From contig JANRIL010000011.1 in assembly GCA_033764955.1 (NCBI GenBank), forward strand, positions 82,638-146,637: a stretch of DNA of 64,000 nt, written 5' to 3'. The stretch is from Cyanobacteriota bacterium. Its GTDB lineage: Bacteria > Cyanobacteriota > Cyanobacteriia > Thermostichales > Thermostichaceae. The position numbers and the translations under genes were made by a program. The notes beneath the pieces were generated by a model, which was not told the origin of the DNA, searched no databases, and worked only from the letters and a program-made list of their open reading frames with translations. Shown here piece after piece: positions 8,582-17,145 of the stretch; within the stretch, counting starts at the first letter, position 1, and each line of letters starts with the position of its first letter.

Positions 8582-10756
8582 ATGTTTGACATCCGAGAAC
8601 GCATCGAGTTTGACCGCAATGGACGGGCGTTCTGTCCCAGTTGCGAGATTAAGAAGGGGCGCAGACCGAGGCAGAAATCGCTGGCGGTGGTGCCGGGATC
8701 TGGTGGTGCTTACATCTGTCATGCTGGATGCACGGTGGACGAGATCCGGGCGGCGGTGGGTCAGCCTAAGTCCTCATCCATGCCTTTCTCGCATCCACAA
8801 CGACCACACGAGCAGGATCCACCTTTCTACACAGAATCTCAGGTGATGAAGAATGTCGGGATCCTGGTGAATGGTAAAACTCCTGATGCAGTGGCTGCTC
8901 GACAGTGGCTGGAAAAGCGCGGCTTCACCACGGACATGATCCTGCACAACAGGCTGGGTTTATTGGGATCCCATCTGCAAATCCCCATCCCCACGGATGA
9001 TTCCAATTCCCAATTTCACCTCAAGAGCCGCATCGCCCCTTGGACAGGGAATACGGCTTGGGCACAGAAAGGGATCCCAGCGATGGTCTTCTTTACGCAT
9101 AAACCAGAAGGCGCAACCCAAACCTGGCTATGTGAAGGGGAATGGGATGCCCTGCTCTTGGGTTGGAAAGTCAGAGAAGCTGGGATCCAAGATATCGCAG
9201 TGGCTACCTTTACCTGTGGCTGCAACGCTATCCCGATGCAACTGGAATTGGAGCGGTTGGTGGGAGAGGTGATTATTTTCTACGACCGTGACCAGCCGGG
9301 GCAAAACGGATCCGAGAAGTTAGCCAAAAAACTTGGATCCTGTGCCCGTATCGCCCAGGTGCCTGCACCGGATATTTTTCCTAAGGGCTGGGATGTTTCT
9401 GATGCGCTTAATGCTGGTTTCACTCTAAGAGATCTGCAACAAGCTGCTAACCAATCCACTCCCTATTTGGGGGATAAAAGTCCTGCCCAGGAAGTGTATG
9501 GAGATCTCCTTTCTCGACTGGAACGAGCCTATCAATTGGAGTCCGCTTCAGAGCGGATTTATCATCTGGAATTGCTCAGCCGGGAAGTGCGGATCCCAAC
9601 TCCCCGCCCGGCCTCGATGTGGATGAACCATATTGCGGAAAAGGACACCAAGGATCCGCTGGAAGTTCACCAGTTTGTGGATAAATCGCCCGAGCGTCGT
9701 CCCTTCTTGATTCCTGGTTTTCTCCCCACCGGAACGATTGTGGTGTTGGTGGCGGATGGCGGCACCGGGAAAACCTTGTTAGCAAACAACCTCTGTTTGT
9801 CGATAGCCAAAGGCGGATCCTGGAATGGTAAGCCTGTGAAACAAGGACGGGTATTGATCATCCAATCGGATGAACCAGAACTGGAATGTGCGGCGCGTCT
9901 ACGAGATGCCAATTTTCCAGACTTGGATCCTGGATGGGTTTATGTCAAAACTAACTGGCAGTTCTCGCAATTGCCATTGTTGAAGAAGTGGTTGCAGCAA
10001 TACCAGCCTGCACTGGTGATGATTGACTCGCTGACGGCCACCAATCGCCACAGCGAAGCGGAAGAACGAGACACCGCTTATGGGCTGGTGCTTTATGAGC
10101 TACGGGATCTAGCCAATCAATATGGGACAACATTCTTGGTGCTGCACCATACCAACAAGCTAGGGATTGAACGAGGCACCACCGCGATCCGTGACAACGT
10201 GGGAGAAGTCTGGTTACTCAAGCACGGAGACAAAGGGGATCCGAGCAACTTAGAACGCAAGCTGGTCATCGACAAATCCCGCACCGGATGTAATGACACC
10301 CACACCCTGGAACTCAACGATGAGGATTTCTCTTGGATCCTCAAACCAAAGGATCCGAATCAAGAGGGCAAAACTCCTTTGGAAGATCGCTTGCTGGATT
10401 TTATGGAGCGGACTGCCGGGATCCCGCGTGAGATTGAGGAGATTGCCCATGAGTTTCATGTCAGTTGGAGCAGTGCCCGTCGTGCTCTCAAAAAGTTATG
10501 GCGACTGGGGTATGTCAATGAAGAGACTGTGCAATCTGGATCCGTGGGTAAACCGAAGAAGGTCTACACCCACCCCCTCGTGACTAATATTCCAAACCCA
10601 AGCCCAGAGCCGGATCCGAATATTATTCATCTTTCCCCTGATTCTGAATATTATTCCCAACCCAGTCCTGGAGAGGCTTCCGAATATTATTCAGGCTCCG
10701 CCTCGCTGACGCGAACACCAACTACTCCTGTGTATAACCCTGCTCGACCCTTCTGA
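8582..10756 (+). CDS. Primase-helicase (Zn finger, TOPRIM, AAA, wHTH)
   Basis: CPSC, CEGEWD, YDRD, ADGGTGKT Walker A, VMIDSL, LHHTNK. Confidence 0.9.
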   Translation: MFDIRERIEFDRNGRAFCPSCEIKKGRRPRQKSLAVVPGSGGAYICHAGCTVDEIRAAVGQPKSSSMPFSHPQRPHEQDPPFYTESQVMKNVGILVNGKTPDAVAARQWLEKRGFTTDMILHNRLGLLGSHLQIPIPTDDSNSQFHLKSRIAPWTGNTAWAQKGIPAMVFFTHKPEGATQTWLCEGEWDALLLGWKVREAGIQDIAVATFTCGCNAIPMQLELERLVGEVIIFYDRDQPGQNGSEKLAKKLGSCARIAQVPAPDIFPKGWDVSDALNAGFTLRDLQQAANQSTPYLGDKSPAQEVYGDLLSRLERAYQLESASERIYHLELLSREVRIPTPRPASMWMNHIAEKDTKDPLEVHQFVDKSPERRPFLIPGFLPTGTIVVLVADGGTGKTLLANNLCLSIAKGGSWNGKPVKQGRVLIIQSDEPELECAARLRDANFPDLDPGWVYVKTNWQFSQLPLLKKWLQQYQPALVMIDSLTATNRHSEAEERDTAYGLVLYELRDLANQYGTTFLVLHHTNKLGIERGTTAIRDNVGEVWLLKHGDKGDPSNLERKLVIDKSRTGCNDTHTLELNDEDFSWILKPKDPNQEGKTPLEDRLLDFMERTAGIPREIEEIAHEFHVSWSSARRALKKLWRLGYVNEETVQSGSVGKPKKVYTHPLVTNIPNPSPEPDPNIIHLSPDSEYYSQPSPGEASEYYSGSASLTRTPTTPVYNPARPF

Positions 10757-10767
10757 GGATCCGCATC

Positions 10768-12894
10768 ATGGCAACAGCAACCAAGCTCAGAACCCCTAGA
10801 AACAAATCCGCCGAGGTGGAATGGAGCCATTACCAAGAAGCCATTTTTGATTGGGCAGCTCACGGATCCGGTCATGCCCTGGTCAATGCCGTGGCGGGAT
10901 CCGGCAAGACTCAAACCCTGCGCGGGCTGGTCAGTCGGATCCCTTCTGACAAGAAGGTGGCTGTCTTAGCTTTCAATAACCACATGGCGGCGGAGCTGGC
11001 AGCTAAACTACCCAAGCGGATTACCGTCAGCACGATCCACCGGATGGGAATGTTTATGCTGACTCGCTACTTTCGGTCAACCTTCCAATGCAACGAGTCG
11101 AAGTATCACGATCTGGCGACGGCTGCGGTGGAGCAGTTACGACCCAACTTCGCCTCTCTGCCATCCAAGGAGTTAAAAGCAGTTGAACGAGAATGTCGGG
11201 GATTCCTCAAAGAGATTATCCACTACCTGCAAATCACCCTGACAGATCCGACTGAGGAGAACATCCACCAATTGATTGGACACTTTGGACTGGAGACACC
11301 AGATCCTGCATTACTGGAATTGCTCCTTCCTTTACCTGCCAAACTTCTCGACCAAGGCAAAGCGTTAGGGGTGGTTCGCGCCAGCGGCGACTTGTCGCAT
11401 CAACAAAATATCGGGCTGGATGATCTGCTCTGGCTGCCGCATGTGTTAGACCTGCAACCTGTCCAGAAAGACTGGGTGCTTGTAGATGAAGCCCAAGACT
11501 TGAGCCGTGCCCAGTTGGAATTGGTGCTGAAACTCCCCTCTGAAACAGGACGGATGGTGTTTGTGGGGGATCCCCATCAAGCCATTTTCGGATTCGCGGG
11601 GTCGGACGATCAATCTTGGGAACGGATCCGTGAAGCAATCCAGCCCAAGGAATTTCCCCTTTCCATTACTTATCGCTGCCCCACATCCCATGTGGCACTG
11701 GCATCCCGCCTAGTTCCCCAAATCGAGGCTAGACCGAATGCCCCGGCGGGGACGATTTCCGTGATCCATCCTGGCAGCATCAAGCACCAGGTCAAGGTGG
11801 GAGATTTGGTCATCTGCCGCTTCATGGCTCCCTTAATTGCCCTGTGCCTGAAACTGGTCATAAACAGTGGGATCCCTGCCAAAGTGAGGGGACGAGATCT
11901 AGGTAAGATGCTCATTTCCTTGACCAAAGATGTGGCAGACCATTTCCCCCATAACTTCTTGTCTGAACTGCGAAATCACGTTGCTGCCAAGGTGGAAATC
12001 TACCAGCGGGATGGGAAGGAATCTGCCATTGAATCCATCCATGATCGATCCCTGGCATTGGAGTCTTGTTTTGAGGCATTCGGGCTGAAGTGTCGCACTG
12101 TCCAAGATTTCTGCCAACGGATTGAGGGATTATTTGATGATGATGCCCCGTTAGCCAACCATGTCATCCTAGCCACGATCCATCGGGCTAAAGGAGACGA
12201 AGCAGAACGAGTTTTTCTACTTAAATCCGACTCGATGCCTGCCACATACTTAACTATAACAAACTGGCAAACCCAGCAAGAACTGCATCTGCTTTATGTA
12301 GCGCTGACTCGCTCGAAGGGATCCCTATTTCTGGTGCCCATGCCCAAGAAGGTGGATCTGATGGATGAGTTGTTGGTGGATCCGTTTGGTGGGATCCAGT
12401 TTCCTAAAAGTCCTCTCTCTATTCCAGAGCCAATTACTCCACCCGCTGTAGAGCAATCTGCTCTAGTCATTTCTGATTTTGACATTGAGGTGGATGCTCT
12501 GTACCAGGCCATGAGAAAGATGCTCTTGGAGTTTGTTGAGGTCGCTCAGGTTTGGCAAGCAGATTTCCCAGAGCAAATGAAAGTCGTTTGGGTGCGGTTG
12601 GGATCCGAACTTAAAGGATCCAACTGGGGGATCCCCTTCCGTTTTCACCTGGAACAACCAGAACCGAAATCCCGCTCACCAGCTAAATTTCTACCGTTTC
12701 TAAGGGTAGGGGATATCTGCCGTTACATTGGGCCAGATGGAGCGATGAGAGTAACCTGCCAGGGGCGGGATCTCAAGGTGCTTGAGGTGAAAGGATCCAT
12801 AGCCACCGTCAAGGCCATAAAAGATTACTTTCACCACCACGAGTGGATCCGTCCTTATGACATTGAGATCCAACATTTAAGAAAGAAATCTTGA
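10768..12894 (+). CDS. UvrD/Rep-like SF1 helicase
   Basis: AVAGSGKT, VDEAQD, GDPHQAIFGF, TIHRAKG, YVALTR. Confidence 0.92.
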   Translation: MATATKLRTPRNKSAEVEWSHYQEAIFDWAAHGSGHALVNAVAGSGKTQTLRGLVSRIPSDKKVAVLAFNNHMAAELAAKLPKRITVSTIHRMGMFMLTRYFRSTFQCNESKYHDLATAAVEQLRPNFASLPSKELKAVERECRGFLKEIIHYLQITLTDPTEENIHQLIGHFGLETPDPALLELLLPLPAKLLDQGKALGVVRASGDLSHQQNIGLDDLLWLPHVLDLQPVQKDWVLVDEAQDLSRAQLELVLKLPSETGRMVFVGDPHQAIFGFAGSDDQSWERIREAIQPKEFPLSITYRCPTSHVALASRLVPQIEARPNAPAGTISVIHPGSIKHQVKVGDLVICRFMAPLIALCLKLVINSGIPAKVRGRDLGKMLISLTKDVADHFPHNFLSELRNHVAAKVEIYQRDGKESAIESIHDRSLALESCFEAFGLKCRTVQDFCQRIEGLFDDDAPLANHVILATIHRAKGDEAERVFLLKSDSMPATYLTITNWQTQQELHLLYVALTRSKGSLFLVPMPKKVDLMDELLVDPFGGIQFPKSPLSIPEPITPPAVEQSALVISDFDIEVDALYQAMRKMLLEFVEVAQVWQADFPEQMKVVWVRLGSELKGSNWGIPFRFHLEQPEPKSRSPAKFLPFLRVGDICRYIGPDGAMRVTCQGRDLKVLEVKGSIATVKAIKDYFHHHEWIRPYDIEIQHLRKKS

Positions 12895-12937
12895 GATCGT
12901 AGTTCTTCAATCAAACCCTTGGCTTTGAAAGAGGTAA

Positions 12938-13168
12938 GTGATGAAAAAGATCAGACCCAAATTAGACCAAAACTGGATCTCAACCCTACAACTGGCTAAA
13001 GCTTTAGGTGTTTGCACCAAAACTCTCTACCGACTCAAAAATAGTGGTGCCCTTAAACCTGGGAAGCACTACATCATTGTCAGCGTCTCATCGGCTATCA
13101 GACCTACTTTTCGTTGGCATCTCGAAAGGTGCGAGTTGGCAATGGGAATCACCTTAGAAAAACGCTAA
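12938..13168 (+). CDS. Excisionase-like HTH protein
   Basis: Small basic HTH protein convergent with the integrase; paralog at 16921-17145. Confidence 0.75.
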   Translation: MMKKIRPKLDQNWISTLQLAKALGVCTKTLYRLKNSGALKPGKHYIIVSVSSAIRPTFRWHLERCELAMGITLEKR

Positions 13169-14458
13169 TCAGAAACCCAGATCGGGCACCGAAACTGTCT
13201 CAACCTTGCCTGCATAGTGACGATGAATCACTTCCGGTTTATTCCCAACCCATTCAGATACTTGTCTGTAAGTGGCATCCTTCCGCTCAATACAATGGCT
13301 AATAAAGGTATCCCGCATCGCATAGGGTTCACGATAATGGCTAACCTTGCCTTCTTCGACCAACTTGGTCACAATCCCAGGAACAAGGGTTTTATGGCGA
13401 TTGGTATATCCCTTCCATGCCCTTCTGAGAAAATTACTGTGATTGAGTTGCTGACCTTCTTTACTTTTAAATACTGGATCCTCAGGCTGAAAGTCCCTAG
13501 GTTTGATTGATTCCAGCAATTGTCGTAATAAGTCATTAATTGGGAATATTCTAGACTGATGATTTTTCGGTGCCTTGCGAATATTAAATCCCGTATTTAC
13601 AGCCTCTTCAAACTTGATCACTCCTGTCTTCAAATTGATATGTTTCCATTGCAGACCCACTGCATCTTCTGGACGAGCCCCTGTGAGAAAGAGAAACTTT
13701 ACGTAGGGATAGTAATAGCCGTAGCGTTTGTGGATACGAAAGGCTTCTAGAATAGCCTGAGCTTCTTCTCGGGTAAACGGATCCGGTTTGGATTCAGAGC
13801 GCACCTTGAGTTGCTTAGCTAATCCGGAAAAGGGATTGTAGTCTACCAATCCACATTCCATTGCCCATTCATAACAGGCGTTGAGCTGTACCAGGTATTT
13901 ACGAGCCGTTACAGGCTTGCAGCCATCCACAAAGCAGAAATCTCTAAACTCAATCGCCCCCAGTCGGTCAGAAATAGTGTGGCCAAATTTGACCAATTTG
14001 CAACGGGTGTTGCTATAGGTCGATCTGATAGTGGTGACCTCAACGCTGGGAGCCTTATAGCTTACGTATCGATCCCACAGATCCAGTGTGGGAACAGTTG
14101 GCTTGTCTGACTCAGCATTCTCCAGTTCTGGCAGGTGGTACTTCTTTAGATAAGGCAGCCAGGAGAATTCCTTGTTCTCAATCAGGGATCCCACCTTTCG
14201 GGCTTCCTTTTCAGCAACACTGACCCCTGCTGGGTTGGCTCTGGCTCCAATAGCAATTTCTTGCTGATGGGGCTTGTCGTGAGGGGATCCAGGTTTAGGG
14301 GGCAACATGGCTCTCAGGTAGAGCTTCAGCCCGCGATGACGAATCACAACCCCCACATTGCCAGCTCTTAGCCTTCCATTGGCTTGAGCTAGCCGTTCTT
14401 GGGTCACTTTGTCCAGATTATCCACACCAGCGGGTTTTGAGGGGGTGAGAGTTTTCAT
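13169..14458 (-). CDS. Tyrosine recombinase/integrase (element 1)
   Basis: TGARPED, K, YAMRDTF, VGN and HY catalytic motifs; adjacent to att. Confidence 0.93.
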   Translation of the reverse strand: MKTLTPSKPAGVDNLDKVTQERLAQANGRLRAGNVGVVIRHRGLKLYLRAMLPPKPGSPHDKPHQQEIAIGARANPAGVSVAEKEARKVGSLIENKEFSWLPYLKKYHLPELENAESDKPTVPTLDLWDRYVSYKAPSVEVTTIRSTYSNTRCKLVKFGHTISDRLGAIEFRDFCFVDGCKPVTARKYLVQLNACYEWAMECGLVDYNPFSGLAKQLKVRSESKPDPFTREEAQAILEAFRIHKRYGYYYPYVKFLFLTGARPEDAVGLQWKHINLKTGVIKFEEAVNTGFNIRKAPKNHQSRIFPINDLLRQLLESIKPRDFQPEDPVFKSKEGQQLNHSNFLRRAWKGYTNRHKTLVPGIVTKLVEEGKVSHYREPYAMRDTFISHCIERKDATYRQVSEWVGNKPEVIHRHYAGKVETVSVPDLGF

Positions 14459-14552
14459 GGCTATTACTTGCCTTACCTACGGGCTTACCTAAAAGTGGTG
14501 TCCGATCCAGACCCTTTTAGTCCCTATCTGTCCACATTGGGTGGTGAACACA

Positions 14553-14588
14553 GAAAAAAGAAAATGGCTCAGATCCTTGACCTGAGCC
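14553..14588 (-). terminator. Probable intrinsic terminator downstream of the tRNA 3' fragment
   Basis: GGCTCAG/CTGAGCC stem followed by a T-rich run on the minus strand. Confidence 0.55.
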
Positions 14589-14608
14589 TATTATAGCCTA
14601 TTTAGTTT

Positions 14609-14658
14609 GGATGCCAGGAACCAGACTTGAACTGGTGACACGAGGATTTTCAGTCCTC
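14609..14658 (-). repeat. att site: 50-bp duplicate of the tRNA-Phe 3' part
   Basis: Identical to 56868-56917; identity ends at the anticodon stem. Confidence 0.97.
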
Positions 14659-14742
14659 AAGTTAAACCTCTGAAAGTCTGACTCAGACTGGCTTTCCGCT
14701 CTCTAAAAATCAGTTAGACTACTTCTGAACTAAGGGTAGAAA

Positions 14743-15993
14743 ATGATCATGTTAGAGAGACTTCGTGATACATCCAGCGACATTCAGCTACGTCTAAATC
14801 AATCGAATGAACGCTTAAGGCTATCAAATGTTGGAGTAAAGATCGAGCAACGAGGAAGCCGTTTGGCCATTCGGGGAACGTTTCCCCCTAAACCAGGATC
14901 CGGACAGTCAAAACCCAGTCAACAAAGGGTTTATCTGGGGATCCACGCCAACCCATCTGGTTTGAAGGTAGCTGAAGCTAAAGCACGGGAGATTGGGGCG
15001 CAACTGGATCTGGGGACTTTTCGCTGGGAACCTTACATTGCGGAACAGGATGGGACGATCCCTGGCTTGACTCCCCTGGGGTTATGGGATCGATACGCTA
15101 CTTACCGAAAACCCAGCATTGCTGAGACAACTCTACGGAGCACCTACGCCCGTACCCGCAAGAAGTTAGCCCGTTACAACAAATCCATTTCAACGCGGTT
15201 AGAGGCAATCGAGTTCCGAAATTGGTTGCTCCAAGAATGCCGTCCTATAACCGCCAAAAAATATCTGACCCAAGTGAACGCTTGCTACAACTGGGCTATG
15301 AATTGTGGGTTGATCCAAAAGAATCCTTTTGTCGGCATGGCGAAAGAACTGAAAGCACATTCGGATCACAAACCGGATCCCTTTACTGCTAATGAAGTGA
15401 TAGCGATTCTAGGAGCATTTCAAGCCGACAAACGCTACCACTACTACTTGCCTTATGTGAGCTTCCTCTTTCTGACTGGAGCTAGACCTGAAGATGCTGT
15501 GGGTCTGAAGTGGAAACATATCAACTTGCTTAGAGGGGAGATCGAATTTTGTGAGGCTGTGGATACAGGATTTGGTATTCGCAAAGACACCAAAACACAT
15601 AGCTCCCGATGCTTTCCTCTCAATGAAGAACTGAAGACGATGCTCCTACAACTTAAGCCTGAAAAATGGGATCCTGAAATGCCTGTATTCAAAAGCCGTG
15701 AAGGGTGCCAACTAAATCACGCTAATTTCACCCGCCGTGCATGGTATGGGTATAAGAACCGACACAAGACTTTTGTCCCTGGAATCGTAACTCGATTAGC
15801 AGAGACAGGAGAAATTGCCCACTACCGAGAGCCATACGCGATGCGTGATACTTTCATTTCCCACTGTCTGGAAGAAGGGATTAACCCTGTCCAGGTAGCG
15901 CAATGGGTCGGAAATAGCCCTGAAGTGATTCATCGACACTATGCTGGACTGGTGCGCCGAGCATCTGTGCCAGAATTAGGGTTTAGCGCCTAA
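14743..15993 (+). CDS. Tyrosine recombinase/integrase (element 2)
   Basis: Same catalytic motifs; paralog of 13169-14458. Confidence 0.93.
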   Translation: MIMLERLRDTSSDIQLRLNQSNERLRLSNVGVKIEQRGSRLAIRGTFPPKPGSGQSKPSQQRVYLGIHANPSGLKVAEAKAREIGAQLDLGTFRWEPYIAEQDGTIPGLTPLGLWDRYATYRKPSIAETTLRSTYARTRKKLARYNKSISTRLEAIEFRNWLLQECRPITAKKYLTQVNACYNWAMNCGLIQKNPFVGMAKELKAHSDHKPDPFTANEVIAILGAFQADKRYHYYLPYVSFLFLTGARPEDAVGLKWKHINLLRGEIEFCEAVDTGFGIRKDTKTHSSRCFPLNEELKTMLLQLKPEKWDPEMPVFKSREGCQLNHANFTRRAWYGYKNRHKTFVPGIVTRLAETGEIAHYREPYAMRDTFISHCLEEGINPVQVAQWVGNSPEVIHRHYAGLVRRASVPELGFSA

Positions 15994-16106
15994 GCGTGCC
16001 CAGTAGCAGAATGCCTTACCCTGAGAGCAACCAAGGGGACAAGGCACCTCAGCGCATAGGCAGGCCAAAGGCCACGTTTTGCAAGTGGGTACTACGGAGA
16101 AAGAGC

Positions 16107-16382
16107 ATGGAAGCTGCGACTATACAATTAACCGTTCCCTATGATCTGTTGGTCGGTGCCGTCTCTAGTTTGGATGTTGAACATAAGATCCAACTTCATC
16201 AACTGCTGAGCAAACAAATAGCTCGTGAACAGGTTTTACCTCGACCGAAGCCGATTGAGGAAGGTAGGGCAGCCGTTGATGCTTTTGCCAAGGCTGTGGA
16301 GAGAGCACTCCAGGAAAGTGGCATGACTGAGGATGAGCTAGCAGAAGCTCTTGCTCCTCATAAATCCTCACACCTCAAATGA
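16107..16382 (+). CDS. Putative antitoxin
   Basis: Small gene overlapping the start of a PIN toxin gene. Confidence 0.65.
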   Translation: MEAATIQLTVPYDLLVGAVSSLDVEHKIQLHQLLSKQIAREQVLPRPKPIEEGRAAVDAFAKAVERALQESGMTEDELAEALAPHKSSHLK

Positions 16383-16825
16383 TTCTTGTTGTTGATGCCA
16401 ATGTCTTAATTGGTGAATCCCTGCGACAACGGGGGCAGCAATTAATTAAACATGCCAGCCTCACAATTCATGCTACTGAGAAGGTATTAGATGAGGCTGG
16501 ATATGAACTGCCGCTTCGGATTCAACAAATGATTCTTAGAAATCGTATCACTCAAGAGACTGGCAACCTCATTTTGCAACGAGGTATAGCCTTGATCAAT
16601 ACCAATGTTTCAGCGTATTCAAATGACTCTTTGCTTAATCTGGAACTAGAAGCTAAAGAACGGATCCCTAGAGATCCCGACGACTGGCAAACAGTTGCTC
16701 TTGCTATAGTACTGGGAGCAGCAATATGGACTCTGGATTCAGACTTCTTGGGATGTGGAATCCCCACCTGGACAACAGAAACATTGATCAGTCACTTAAA
16801 CCGTTATACATCTACTGAGATTTAA
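16379..16825 (+). CDS. PIN-domain (VapC-like) toxin
   Basis: VVDANVLI...RDPDDW..VALA...IWT.D.DF. Confidence 0.88.
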   Translation: MILVVDANVLIGESLRQRGQQLIKHASLTIHATEKVLDEAGYELPLRIQQMILRNRITQETGNLILQRGIALINTNVSAYSNDSLLNLELEAKERIPRDPDDWQTVALAIVLGAAIWTLDSDFLGCGIPTWTTETLISHLNRYTSTEI

Positions 16826-16920
16826 TTAGGTTTTCTGCTTCAGAAAAACGACCTCAGTGAAAAACTCGCACCAATGGTGCGAGAAATATTTTGATGTAGA
16901 GTTTTTGGCCTTCACGGTTG

Positions 16921-17145
16921 CTACCCTCTTCTTTCTAGGGGAACCTCAAAATAAGCAGAACAGTTGCCCAAGTGCCACCGATATTGCGGACGAATGGCTT
17001 GTGGTGAACTAATAATTCGATAATGTTTGCCAATCTTGAGCAAGCCTTCATCCCGACGACGGTAGAGAGTATGGCGGGAGATTGCTAGAGCATTGAGTAA
17101 TTCTGGCGTAGTTACCCAATCTGATGGTGGAAGTATGCGAGTCAT
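16921..17145 (-). CDS. Excisionase-like HTH protein
   Basis: Paralog of 12938-13168. Confidence 0.75.
   Translation of the reverse strand: MTRILPPSDWVTTPELLNALAISRHTLYRRRDEGLLKIGKHYRIISSPQAIRPQYRWHLGNCSAYFEVPLERRG

Larger units (their letters stand above)
1..14608. mobile_element. Integrative element 1 (left end outside window); integrase at the tRNA-proximal end
   Basis: Integrase/xis/helicase/primase/Ner/S24 module paralogous to element 2; abuts the duplicated tRNA-Phe 3' fragment. Confidence 0.85.

Noticed and set aside
14609..14658. A second tRNA-Phe gene
   Set aside because: It lacks the 5' acceptor strand and D arm; it is the att duplicate.
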